DNA of 64,000 nt, taken from IMG/VR virus record IMGVR_UViG_2588253903_000005, positions 1 through 64,000 of that record. One strand, 5' to 3'. Shown in pieces: positions 8,689-16,736 of the stretch. A program made the translations under genes and the position numbers. The notes beneath the pieces are model-generated. The model was not told the origin of the DNA. It saw nothing but the letters and a program-made list of their open reading frames with translations, and made no database searches. Position 1 is the first letter of the stretch, and each line of letters opens with the position of its first letter. The stretch comes from a virus. Taxonomy: Duplodnaviria; Caudoviricetes.

Positions 8689-9594
8689 ATGCATATTAAA
8701 AGAATCCATGAGATGGTCGAGGAATTAACAGAATGTACACTTTCTGCTATTAAAGCAAATGAAAGCCGTGTGGGTGATTTTGCGATTCCTGATGTGATTG
8801 ATATGATAAAAGACTTGTGTTGCGCAGAAAAGGACGCAAGAGAAGCTAAGGAAAAGGAAAAAGAAGAGGAAGATGAAAAGAAAGAAAACGAATACTTTCT
8901 GAAAATGCTGAAAGAGGAATACGGGGACGAAGAAGGAGAAAAAAGATTTTACAGCAGACAGCCGAGGAGCCGTACATCTGGTCGGTTTATGAGCCGCGGC
9001 GACGGTCGAAGAAGCAACAGCGGCAGGCGTGGGTACGAGGAAATGATGCCTATGGATTACCGTATGGACATTGAGGGCTACAAGATGTACCCGGCCGAAT
9101 ATTGGCGTGATGTTGATCGTGCATCAGGGCGCATGTATTTTAGCGGTGGCGGCTCTAGTGGCTCATCGGTCAATAGCGGTGGCACAAGCGGTCAGTCTGG
9201 AAGTTCTGGCATGAGTGGCGGAAATTCTGGCGGCAACTCTGGCGGTTCTTCCCGTGGTTACAGTGAGGGTTACTCTGACGGGCAGTCACACGGATATGAA
9301 GAAGGAAACCGAAGGGGATACAGCGAAGGATATGAGCAAGGCAACCGTGACGGCAGAAGTCAGGGCGGCAATTCCCGTTATGACAGAGCAAAACGAGGAT
9401 ATGAGGAATCAAAAGAAAAACATAAGGGGAATACGCCACAAGATAATTCGGAAAACATGAAAAACCTTGAAGAATTATTAAATTCGACAGGGGATGTTAT
9501 TGTCAAGGATTACGCTCCTAAAATGTCTCAATCCGAAAAGGCTATGGCGGCGCAGAAATTTGATACATGGTCTAAGATGTTGAAACAACAGTAA
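8689..9594 (+). CDS. Low-complexity protein with charged tract, Gly/Ser linker and GYxEG repeats
   Basis: GYSEGYSDGQSHGYEEGNRRGYSEGYEQG; RBS GGAGG. Confidence 0.85.
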   Translation: MHIKRIHEMVEELTECTLSAIKANESRVGDFAIPDVIDMIKDLCCAEKDAREAKEKEKEEEDEKKENEYFLKMLKEEYGDEEGEKRFYSRQPRSRTSGRFMSRGDGRRSNSGRRGYEEMMPMDYRMDIEGYKMYPAEYWRDVDRASGRMYFSGGGSSGSSVNSGGTSGQSGSSGMSGGNSGGNSGGSSRGYSEGYSDGQSHGYEEGNRRGYSEGYEQGNRDGRSQGGNSRYDRAKRGYEESKEKHKGNTPQDNSENMKNLEELLNSTGDVIVKDYAPKMSQSEKAMAAQKFDTWSKMLKQQ

Positions 9595-9615
9595 CTTGCG
9601 ATAATAAAACGGATT

Positions 9616-9637
9616 AGGGGCAGAAATGCCCCCTTTT
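9616..9637 (+). terminator. Intrinsic terminator
   Basis: AGGGGC-AGAAAT-GCCCCT plus TTT. Confidence 0.7.
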
Positions 9638-9683
9638 CCTGAATGTTCCTTGACAACCGAATATGGCTGATAGTTCGTGAGAT

Positions 9684-9833
9684 TTATTTGCTCTTTTGAG
9701 AAAGGTATTCCCTTAACAGTCTTTCTATCAATGCAGATAGGTTTGTCCGTTCGTCAATCGCCTGTTTTCTGGACGAAATGAGAACTTCTGGATTGAGCGA
9801 TATTGTGACTTTTTCTTTCTTGACCTTTTCCAT
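9684..9833 (-). CDS. RHH/CopG-like regulator (49 aa, absent from ORF track)
   Basis: MEKVKKEKVTISLNPEV...NLSALIERLLREYL; RBS AGGAGG. Confidence 0.65.
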   Translation of the reverse strand: MEKVKKEKVTISLNPEVLISSRKQAIDERTNLSALIERLLREYLSQKSK

Positions 9834-9850
9834 AAATACACCTCCTGTTT

Positions 9851-9918
9851 ATACCACTATACCACAATTAGCACTTGACTGCAAGCAGAAAATGTGGTAG
9901 TATATATGTAAAGTGGTA
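9851..9918. promoter_or_regulatory. Divergent promoter with TACCAC/GTGGTA operator half-sites
   Basis: TTGACT(9875)-17-TAGTAT with TG extension; four half-sites. Confidence 0.6.
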
Positions 9919-9921
9919 TAA

Positions 9922-10629
9922 ATGAAAGGAGATTTTGATATGTTTGAATGGAAAGTTGAAGAAATGGTGCTGATGAATAACCATGCAGATGTGTATGGCG
10001 GTAGATACAAAACTACTGTATACGCTTGTGAAAATTCCGCATCAAGGGAAGATAAGATTGCTTTTGTTGACAGCATGACAGATGGAAAATTGAGTTATCT
10101 TCTTTCTTTGATTGAAAAATTCAATGCAGACAAAGGTAGTCTTCCAAAGAAAGATAGTATGTTCGGAGAACCGGAAGTAAAAACCACATCTTTGAAAGCA
10201 TGGATAAAGCGGAATGACACGAATTATTCGCAAAAATTGATTGATGATTGGTTTAAGTATGGAAAATACAATCTTTTAGGTTGCGAGAGAAATATTCAGT
10301 CAAATACCAAAGGAACTTATGATTACTATGACGATTTGGTTGATGAAGTATTCCGCAGGCAGCTTATAGAGTGCGAAAGAGAAGAACATAAATATTTCCA
10401 CGACCATGACGAATATAGCATTTTGAAAAAGAAATTTGAAGAAAAGCAGAATCAATATCACACAACATTTGGGGCGGAAATTTGGATAGGTAGCGGCGGC
10501 GTACAAGTTGGAGATTCTGAAAAAAGAAGGAAACTGACTATTGACGAACTGAAAGAGCTTCTTTCCAAGTACGAACAGATTGACGCTCTTGTGGAAAAAC
10601 TCACAAAAGAAACCCACATTGTGTATTGA
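9922..10629 (+). CDS. Hypothetical protein
   Basis: 235 aa ORF; probable start at MFEWK after AAAGGAG. Confidence 0.75.
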   Translation: MKGDFDMFEWKVEEMVLMNNHADVYGGRYKTTVYACENSASREDKIAFVDSMTDGKLSYLLSLIEKFNADKGSLPKKDSMFGEPEVKTTSLKAWIKRNDTNYSQKLIDDWFKYGKYNLLGCERNIQSNTKGTYDYYDDLVDEVFRRQLIECEREEHKYFHDHDEYSILKKKFEEKQNQYHTTFGAEIWIGSGGVQVGDSEKRRKLTIDELKELLSKYEQIDALVEKLTKETHIVY

Positions 10630-10639
10630 GGTATTCCGC

Positions 10640-10816
10640 ATGACAATATGGAGAATCCGAGCATTGACCGGCTTATCGCAAGTGAAATTCTGCGAAAAAT
10701 ACCACATTCCGCTAAACACATTCGCAAGGTGGGAGCAGGGCAAGCGTGAGCCGCCGGATTATTTGGTGGAACTGTTGGAATTTAAGGTTAGAAAAGACAT
10801 GGAGGAAAGCCAATGA
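10640..10816 (+). CDS. XRE-family HTH protein
   Basis: IRALTGLSQVKFCEKYHIPLNTFARWEQGKREPP. Confidence 0.8.
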   Translation: MTIWRIRALTGLSQVKFCEKYHIPLNTFARWEQGKREPPDYLVELLEFKVRKDMEESQ

Positions 10817-11001
10817 AGAAAAAAGAGGATATATTAAAAGATTTGTATGCAACACTGGCAGAATTACAGGGGACTAACTGGACAGAAGAAAACAAAGGTC
10901 TTATGGAGTACCTGAAAATAAAATTATCTGTACTCTACGATATTTTAGGAGAAGAAGTTCCGGAGGAATATTGGGAACAGATAGAAGAATGGGCTGTATG
11001 A
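10813..11001 (+). CDS. Hypothetical protein
   Basis: RBS GGAGG; coupled to HTH gene. Confidence 0.6.
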   Translation: MKKKEDILKDLYATLAELQGTNWTEENKGLMEYLKIKLSVLYDILGEEVPEEYWEQIEEWAV

Positions 11002-11098
11002 ATTTAAAAATATGGAGGATTTGAAGAATGATAAATCTTAGAAACTATCAGCTAAACGGTTGGTAGTTTCTTTTATTTAACGGAAAGTTGGTGAGGGT

Positions 11099-11419
11099 AT
11101 GTTTGAAATTAATGGTGTTCGGTGGGATATTGTCTTTGTACCTCCAAATAGCCAAAATTTAAGACGTTCGGACGGGTCAATCACATTTGGGGTAACAGAT
11201 TGGAATGATAAGTGCGTGTACTTGTCACGAGCCATTCATGGGGCGTTTTTGGAGCGTGTATTGTGCCATGAGCTGACACATTGCGTCTGCTTTGCGTGGA
11301 ATATATCAATACCAATCGAAACCGAAGAATGGCTTTGTAATTTTATGGCAGACCACGGGAAAGAAGTGATTTACATTCTGGACGATTTACTTAGGGGAAT
11401 GGTAAGGAGGATAGCATGA
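11099..11419 (+). CDS. Small HExxH zinc metallopeptidase-like protein
   Basis: LCHELTHC...EEWLC zincin motif. Confidence 0.7.
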   Translation: MFEINGVRWDIVFVPPNSQNLRRSDGSITFGVTDWNDKCVYLSRAIHGAFLERVLCHELTHCVCFAWNISIPIETEEWLCNFMADHGKEVIYILDDLLRGMVRRIA

Positions 11420-11565
11420 GCATTGAATACATATTGGAATGTGTGAAAAAGACTAATCCAACCATGACAAGGGATAAGCTGATCGAGGAATTATTGAAGT
11501 GCCAATATTCTGCGATTGCGCTTTATATGGTGTGTGAGAGCGATAAGAAGTCTGCTTGCAAATAG
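11416..11565 (+). CDS. Small hypothetical protein (49 aa)
   Basis: ATGA overlap with the peptidase stop; RBS AAGGAGG. Confidence 0.5.
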   Translation: MSIEYILECVKKTNPTMTRDKLIEELLKCQYSAIALYMVCESDKKSACK

Positions 11566-11731
11566 TGGGCGGGCTTTTTATTATGCCCATACGCTTTCAT
11601 ATATGCCCTAAATTCGCATTGAAATTGATTTGACGATAATTTATAGGTTGAGAAGGCAAAACGCCTTAAATCGCAAAATACGAGGTCAGAGAGTGTTTCG
11701 GCACTCTTTTTTATTTTTTTGAAATTAGGGG

Positions 11732-11769
11732 TTGACATTAGCTAGCTAACATGATATATTTTAGCTAGC
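11732..11769 (+). promoter_or_regulatory. sigmaA promoter with TAGCTAGC operators
   Basis: TTGACA(11732)-17-TATATT(11755); TAGCTAGC at 11739 and 11762. Confidence 0.7.
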
Positions 11770-11789
11770 AACACAAAGGAGGTGTTGAG

Positions 11790-11966
11790 TTGGTTGCGAA
11801 AAGAAACACTTCCGATTACTTCAAAGAACGCCGAAAAACAATAGGTCAATTCAGTGTATCTGTAAAAAGAGAAAAGTTAGAATTACTGGATAAAGCACTG
11901 AAAAAGCAAGGGAAAACTAAGACCGCATGGCTTAACGAAAAGATTGATGAAGAAATCGGAAAGTAA
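11790..11966 (+). CDS. RHH-like regulator (TTG start, absent from ORF track)
   Basis: YFKERRKTIGQFSVSVKREKLELLDKAL...KTAWLNEKID; RBS AAGGAGG. Confidence 0.6.
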   Translation: MVAKRNTSDYFKERRKTIGQFSVSVKREKLELLDKALKKQGKTKTAWLNEKIDEEIGK

Positions 11967-12070
11967 TAAAAGCGGTAGCTGTGCCGACTGGTCATCTAAT
12001 CAGTTACCGCAATATCAAAACAAAATACATAAATATTACGCACTGTGTATATTTTTTTGGAAATTAGGAG

Positions 12071-12727
12071 GTGATTTCACTGGAAAACAAACTTTCAGTA
12101 AAGACGGTTGACTTCATGGGCGACGGATTGTTAGCGGCGCAGGACAGCAAGGGCGTTATATGGACTGGCATAAATTCATTCTGTCAAGGAATTGGATTGA
12201 ATAAGAATGAACGAGATAGACAAGTAAAGAATGTACAGTCTGATGAAGTGCTGAAAATGGGGTGCGTCAAATTTGACGCAGGGGTATTTGACCCCAACAA
12301 TGAAACTCTTGCACTGCAACTTGACTATGTTCCTCTTTGGCTTGCTAAAATCTCCATCACGCCAAACATGAAAGAGAACAATCCAGAATTAGTTGACAAA
12401 CTAGTGAAATATCAGTTAAAAGCCAAAGACGTATTGGCACAGGCTTTCTTACCACAAACAAAACCAATCAGAAGAAATTCCAAGCGGATAGGCAAAAAGA
12501 AAACAAAAATCACGCTTTACCGAGGGGAAAACTCGTATATTTTAATGATTGGAGATGATGTGTACGATTTGGAAGAAGATGAATATACAGAAATTGATTC
12601 ACTTATTCCAGAACTCGTGTTTATGAATGTGTCGCAAATAGCAAGTGTGGTAAAGGCACATCTTTCCATACACGAAAATAAAATCCAAAAATTAGAACGA
12701 GAGCAGACCATTGAATGTGATGAATAA
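12071..12727 (+). CDS. Antirepressor with P22 Ant N-terminal-like domain
   Basis: VDFMGDGLLAAQD...FCQGIGL...LWLAKISI...LVKYQLKAKDVLAQAF. Confidence 0.75.
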   Translation: MISLENKLSVKTVDFMGDGLLAAQDSKGVIWTGINSFCQGIGLNKNERDRQVKNVQSDEVLKMGCVKFDAGVFDPNNETLALQLDYVPLWLAKISITPNMKENNPELVDKLVKYQLKAKDVLAQAFLPQTKPIRRNSKRIGKKKTKITLYRGENSYILMIGDDVYDLEEDEYTEIDSLIPELVFMNVSQIASVVKAHLSIHENKIQKLEREQTIECDE

Positions 12728-12863
12728 CAAAAATAGAGCAATCGCTAGATTTGACGGTCAGACGATTGCCCTAACAATTAACCTAAGCCAACTTAGGTAC
12801 ACAAATATTATAGCACTGTGTACCTTTGTTTGGCAACCAAAAATCAAATGGAGGTATATTTTT

Positions 12864-13091
12864 ATGACATTTTTCAGAAAGAAAAAGGAACTCAAAGACA
12901 AGTTACAGAGTATTGACAAGGAATTTAAGAGCAGGACAGCCGAGGTATCAGACGATATTTGGGATTTAGGGGATTTCCTCATGCTTCTCAATATTGCGGA
13001 ATATTCCAAACCGTTAGGAAAATCAAAGGCTATTGTTTACGCCCTTAAAATCGGGTATCTGGCAGGAAGGGGCGGTGTCAATCATGAGTAA
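12864..13091 (+). CDS. Hypothetical protein
   Basis: RBS GGAGG; ALKIGYLAG motif. Confidence 0.55.
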   Translation: MTFFRKKKELKDKLQSIDKEFKSRTAEVSDDIWDLGDFLMLLNIAEYSKPLGKSKAIVYALKIGYLAGRGGVNHE

Positions 13092-13332
13092 TGATGGGAA
13101 AAGGGTAATGGAAAGCATTGTTAAGAGAATGTCTGATATCGAGAATGAAAATGTCATTAAAAGCATTGGTCTAATCATTGGGGATTGTGCGGTTGATGAT
13201 AATGGAAACGAAAGGGCAGACTGGATATTTCACATTATTTATCAGCTTGTAACAAATGCAGGAATGAACGAACTGAAAGCAATCTACTCTTTTTCGAGAG
13301 GACTTTGCAAAGCCGAGGAGGTATCGGCATGA
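13084..13332 (+). CDS. Hypothetical protein
   Basis: Coupled ORF in operon. Confidence 0.5.
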   Translation: MSNDGKRVMESIVKRMSDIENENVIKSIGLIIGDCAVDDNGNERADWIFHIIYQLVTNAGMNELKAIYSFSRGLCKAEEVSA

Positions 13333-13487
13333 GCGAGGAAGCAAAACAAGCCAACGAGCAGTACCGCAAGGAAATCCGCAGGATGATTGACAAGACGGAG
13401 GACACCCATGCTTTATGCTGTACCTACACCACGATATTGACGCACTTAAAAATTCTTGCAGAGAAAGGCGGTGTTTCTGATGAATGA
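13329..13487 (+). CDS. Small hypothetical protein
   Basis: RBS GAGGAGG; coupled ORF. Confidence 0.5.
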   Translation: MSEEAKQANEQYRKEIRRMIDKTEDTHALCCTYTTILTHLKILAEKGGVSDE

Positions 13488-14310
13488 CGTTCAAACCGCA
13501 ACCATGCAGACACCGATTGAAATTGCGTTAGGCATTGACGAAAACGGTATGGCAACAGCTAAGAAACTGTATGAGTTTCTTGAACTTAATCCTAAAAACT
13601 ATTCTCATTGGTGCAAAAGAAACATAACAGAGAATGAATTTGCAGAAGAAAATGTTGATTATTGGGCATTCGTCTTAAATGACGAATGGGGCGGACAGGC
13701 TACAACAGATTATAAATTAACTGCCCACTTTGCAAAGAAATTATCATGCAAAGGCAACGGAGAACGTGCGGAGCAGGCAAGGGAATATTTTTCCACTCTT
13801 GATGATAAAGTCAAAGAGATTGCCATAAACCGCAGTCAGCTTTCCCGAAGCACACAAGCATTGTTCGGTATCATTGAAAGCATGGCAAAGCAGGAGCTAG
13901 AACAGAAACGCCAAGCGGAGCAATTAAACCGTATTGAGCAAAAGCAGGAGGTCATATCTGATACCTTTACCCACACTTCGGATAATGAAGATTTCAAAGC
14001 GTGGGTAAACCGCTGTATTGCCAAGATTGCCGAAAGTCCGAATTATGCGAACGGTTCTGGCAGGTCGGAAAGGTATCAGAATGTCCGTACCGAGAGTTAC
14101 GACAGATTAAGGAAGAAATGGAACTGTAACCTCAATGATAGGGTTGCAAGGGCTAAAGGTCGGGCATTGGAAAACAAACCCAACATTACCAAAAAGGAAC
14201 TCGATTCCATCAACAAGTTATCTGTGATTTCAGAAGATAAGAGCCTTAAACCTGTCTATGAAACAGTCATCAAGGAAATGATGATTTGCTATTGCGTAAA
14301 CATTTCTTGA
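13480..14310 (+). CDS. AntA/AntB-type antirepressor
   Basis: TPIEIALGIDENGMATAKKLYEFLEL...YSHW...EENVDY...DYKLTAHFAKKL. Confidence 0.8.
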   Translation: MNDVQTATMQTPIEIALGIDENGMATAKKLYEFLELNPKNYSHWCKRNITENEFAEENVDYWAFVLNDEWGGQATTDYKLTAHFAKKLSCKGNGERAEQAREYFSTLDDKVKEIAINRSQLSRSTQALFGIIESMAKQELEQKRQAEQLNRIEQKQEVISDTFTHTSDNEDFKAWVNRCIAKIAESPNYANGSGRSERYQNVRTESYDRLRKKWNCNLNDRVARAKGRALENKPNITKKELDSINKLSVISEDKSLKPVYETVIKEMMICYCVNIS

Positions 14311-14336
14311 CGCATTTCTAACTCTCTACATCATTT

Positions 14337-14366
14337 AGGGCGGTAGTGGTCGGCTACTGCCCTTTA
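14337..14366. terminator. Terminator between convergent operons
   Basis: AGGGCGGTAG-TGGTCGG-CTACTGCCCT plus TT. Confidence 0.7.
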
Positions 14367-14388
14367 TTCTGTTTTCAAGGTACGGAAT

Positions 14389-14434
14389 TTGCGTTAGTCG
14401 GATTTGCACCAACTACAAGGCGACTAACACGCAA
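14389..14434 (-). ncRNA. T-loop-containing structured element
   Basis: AGUUGG-UGCAAAU-CCGACU arm plus UUGCG/CGCAA basal stem. Confidence 0.45.
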
Positions 14435-14522
14435 GTTTTAGTGGTAGCCTGCGGTTGCAGGCTTAATCTTCTTCCATTCCCTTCCCTTCAATGCGGCTTC
14501 TGTAACTGTCCAATCGAACCTA

Positions 14523-14648
14523 TCAGAAACCTTTTTTCAGCAATGCTTCTTTGTAGGTTTCCAAAGAATCTGTCATATGGATGTCGCAAAGTTCGATTGT
14601 TTCGTTAAGTTCCACAAAAATTTTTCCTTCTGACTTGTATAATTTCAA
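14523..14648 (-). CDS. Small ORF (41 aa, TTG start), possibly truncated
   Basis: RBS GGAGG; stops just after an A6 run. Confidence 0.35.
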   Translation of the reverse strand: MKLYKSEGKIFVELNETIELCDIHMTDSLETYKEALLKKGF

Positions 14649-14720
14649 AATATCGCCTCCATTTCAAAAATTATAATTCCGTTTCTGGCGCGCGTCAAGG
14701 CGGAAAGGGCGTGTTGACTT

Positions 14721-14999
14721 TTAAATCAGCCCATACTGCTCACAGATATATTCGAGCCATGATGTGTATTCCCTTATCCATTTTTGGGTGGTATTTTTTA
14801 CCATTTTCCCCTTGCTGTTCATCTTTTTAAGTGACACTTCGGAAAATTTAGTCCTCTTTTCGTCTAATTTTTCTATCCTTGCAGATACTCTTACATGGTC
14901 GTTTACCGCCGTATAAATTCCGTTGTTTTTATCTAAATGCAAAATCAACCTCTTTCCGTCATAAACATTTACATTGTTTCCGTTTCTTTTTATTTCCAT
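14721..14999 (-). CDS. Hypothetical protein (early leftward operon)
   Basis: RBS AAAGGA; 92 aa. Confidence 0.7.
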   Translation of the reverse strand: MEIKRNGNNVNVYDGKRLILHLDKNNGIYTAVNDHVRVSARIEKLDEKRTKFSEVSLKKMNSKGKMVKNTTQKWIREYTSWLEYICEQYGLI

Positions 15000-15044
15000 A
15001 TCCTTTTCTTTCTCCCCTTATCCCTGGGGGCTGGGAATTTTGAG

Positions 15045-15100
15045 AACTCCCGCCGGGACTTGCACCCGGCTGACCGCTTGACGGTGGTAGTTATGCGGGT
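15045..15100 (-). ncRNA. Three-way-junction element with UGCAAGU T-loop
   Basis: ACCG-UCAAG-CGGU and GCCGGG-UGCAAGU-CCCGGC arms closed by AACUACC/GGGAGUU. Confidence 0.55.
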
Positions 15101-15318
15101 TAAATGTTAAACATAACGATTTTTCCGTTATCATCGTAGATGTTTCCGCAAGTTCCCATGATAAAATATTTTCTGCCGTTTTCGATTCCCCTAACAGCGA
15201 AATGATACCCTTTTTCTTTTGCTTCTTTTTCGGACAATTCAGAAAAGGTTGTGTTCTCTCCCAATCCGTCATTGATAAAAAATCTTGTGATTTCCTCTGC
15301 ATTGTTAAATTTAGCCAT
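15100..15318 (-). CDS. Hypothetical protein (early leftward operon)
   Basis: Real start MAKFN after AAGGAGG. Confidence 0.7.
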   Translation of the reverse strand: MAKFNNAEEITRFFINDGLGENTTFSELSEKEAKEKGYHFAVRGIENGRKYFIMGTCGNIYDDNGKIVMFNI

Positions 15319-15350
15319 TTTTATATCCTCCTTAAATTTTATTGATAAAT

Positions 15351-15390
15351 GGCAGTCAAGGGGCTTGCACCATTGCGCCGCTGGTCTGCC
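15351..15390 (-). ncRNA. T-loop-containing structured element
   Basis: GGCAG/CUGCC basal stem; CAAUGG-UGCAAGC-CCCUUG arm. Confidence 0.45.
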
Positions 15391-15403
15391 TACCACGCAA
15401 ATT

Positions 15404-15583
15404 TTAACTGCGGGAAAATATTTCGAGAGCAACGGGATCAGCGAAAACATAATCCCCGATCATGCGCCCGTCCTTCCAAATGTTACCCCGGTACTCCCCA
15501 TCGTTGGGATAAAAAGAAATGTCGATTTTGTCGGCATCCTCTTTTTTATCCCCATACCACATATCAATCATAATCTTTGCCAT
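15404..15583 (-). CDS. Hypothetical protein (early leftward operon)
   Basis: Start MAKIM after AAGGAGG, immediately 3' of the twister ribozyme. Confidence 0.7.
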   Translation of the reverse strand: MAKIMIDMWYGDKKEDADKIDISFYPNDGEYRGNIWKDGRMIGDYVFADPVALEIFSRS

Positions 15584-15605
15584 CCTCTTTTCCTCCTTGT
15601 ACTTT

Positions 15606-15654
15606 CTGTCCTCTGCATCTTCCAGGCTTGGAACCGGCTGTGGCTGCATTACAT
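15606..15654 (-). ncRNA. Twister self-cleaving ribozyme (type P1)
   Basis: AUG-U^AA-UGCA-GC-CACA-GC-CGG-UUCC-AAGC-CUGG-AAGA-UGCA-GA-GGA-CAG; P2, P4, T1 (UCC/GGA) and T2 (GC/GC) all pair; P1 only 2 bp. Confidence 0.88.
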
Positions 15655-15671
15655 GGGCGGAACGTGTCCGC

Positions 15672-15959
15672 CTATGCCAAAATCGCCTTTACTGAAGTGT
15701 AAACATAATACCTGTTATGGCTGTGTGTGAGCCAATTTCCATTATTTACGATTGTATTATAGCTGTTTGGGTATTTCAGCTTAAAAACTGTTAAATAATC
15801 GTTCATTTCCTCGTCCGTTGCCTCAAGGCACTTTATAGCGCCCTCGATAATAGCCTTGTTGTCGTTCCAACCGATTTTCCCGCTAAATGTTTCGATTTTG
15901 CACATTTTCTTTTCTGCAAGCAGTTCCTCTAATTTCTTCATCAAATCTTTCTTTGTCAT
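15672..15959 (-). CDS. Hypothetical protein (early leftward operon)
   Basis: Start MTKKD after AGGTGGAAAG. Confidence 0.7.
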   Translation of the reverse strand: MTKKDLMKKLEELLAEKKMCKIETFSGKIGWNDNKAIIEGAIKCLEATDEEMNDYLTVFKLKYPNSYNTIVNNGNWLTHSHNRYYVYTSVKAILA

Positions 15960-16004
15960 ACTTTCCACCTTTTGAACTTTCTTTTTTGTTTCCCTTTCGG
16001 GCAG

Positions 16005-16044
16005 AGCCTGCGGCGGAATCGAACCGCCGTACACCGTTCAGGCT
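16005..16044 (-). ncRNA. T-loop-containing structured element
   Basis: AGCCUG/CAGGCU basal stem; CGGCGG-UUCGAUU-CCGCCG canonical T-arm. Confidence 0.55.
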
Positions 16045-16220
16045 GCTCTTGTTAAATCGCAATGTTCAAACGCCTTGCGACCGAACGTGTGGATTTTATC
16101 AGAAATTTTGTTGCTCCCAAGTAAAACTCTGTATGTCACAATATTTTCGTTTGCTGATAAAATTTCAAAACAAACATTGTTTACATTGCCCTTAAAAATC
16201 ATTCCTTTTTCAATTGTCAT
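16038..16220 (-). CDS. Hypothetical protein (early leftward operon)
   Basis: Start MTIEK after GGAGG, immediately 3' of the pistol ribozyme. Confidence 0.65.
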   Translation of the reverse strand: MTIEKGMIFKGNVNNVCFEILSANENIVTYRVLLGSNKISDKIHTFGRKAFEHCDLTRAA

Positions 16221-16245
16221 AATATTTTCCTCCATTTTTATTTGT

Positions 16246-16311
16246 TCCAACCCCGGCATTTCTGCCGGACGCTCCCAACTTAATGGACTTTTTAGAGCCG
16301 TTGGGACGGCT
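16246..16311 (-). ncRNA. Pistol self-cleaving ribozyme
   Basis: AGCCG-UCCCAA-CGGCU-CUAAAAAG-UCCA-UUAA-GUUGGG-AGCG-UCCGGC-AGAAAU-GCCGGG-G^U-UGGA; P1, pseudoknot, P2, P3 and the GU site are all in canonical order. Confidence 0.92.
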
Positions 16312-16515
16312 TTATATCGCGTCTTGCGCATAAACACCTTCCCAAAGCATTCTAAGATATTCACTTCCATTCCTCTCTTCTATCTTTTTCCGTTCCTGCT
16401 TCCCCCAATACTCAACAGTCGCAAATTTTTCTGTCCTTTTTACGATTTTTACGGTATCTCTGACCTCCCCGCTCAGTTTTGCCTGGTACTCTTTTCCTGC
16501 TTCGAATTTTATCAT
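16312..16515 (-). CDS. Hypothetical protein (first gene of leftward operon)
   Basis: Start MIKFE after AGGAGG. Confidence 0.7.
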   Translation of the reverse strand: MIKFEAGKEYQAKLSGEVRDTVKIVKRTEKFATVEYWGKQERKKIEERNGSEYLRMLWEGVYAQDAI

Positions 16516-16563
16516 ATCCGCGCCCTCCTGTTTGGTTTGTTGTTTGCTTGTTTCTATGCTCTT

Positions 16564-16592
16564 ATTATATATCATGTTATATATAATGTCAA
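16564..16592 (-). promoter_or_regulatory. Consensus sigmaA promoter of leftward operon
   Basis: TTGACA-17-TATAAT on the minus strand. Confidence 0.85.
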
Positions 16593-16674
16593 TAGGGAGT
16601 TTGAAAATATTTATATAATTTTTTATATGATGATTTATATATACATTTATATATGAAAACGCCCAAACGAAAAC

Positions 16675-16703
16675 TTGACAAGATATATAAAATGTTATAT
16701 ATT
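16675..16703 (+). promoter_or_regulatory. Divergent sigmaA promoter
   Basis: TTGACA-17-TATATT; ATATATAA boxes repeated across 16570-16700. Confidence 0.7.
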
Positions 16704-16736
16704 AAAAGAAATAAATCAGAAATGGAGGTTCTAAAA

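Noticed and set aside
11620-11675. Shared AACGCCTTAAAT and AATTGATTT motifs with 25439-25476
   Set aside because: The matches are short and in mixed orientation; insufficient for a call
14680-14720. Third ribozyme in the spacer before the 14523-14648 ORF
   Set aside because: GC-rich, but does not fit twister, pistol, hammerhead or HDV cores
15045-15100. Twister-sister ribozyme
   Set aside because: Has the UGCAAGU hairpin and GCA/CUCA-like strands, but no P1 helix can form; kept only as a T-loop element
14310-16600. Hammerhead ribozymes
   Set aside because: No CUGANGA...GAAA core found by eye in the spacers
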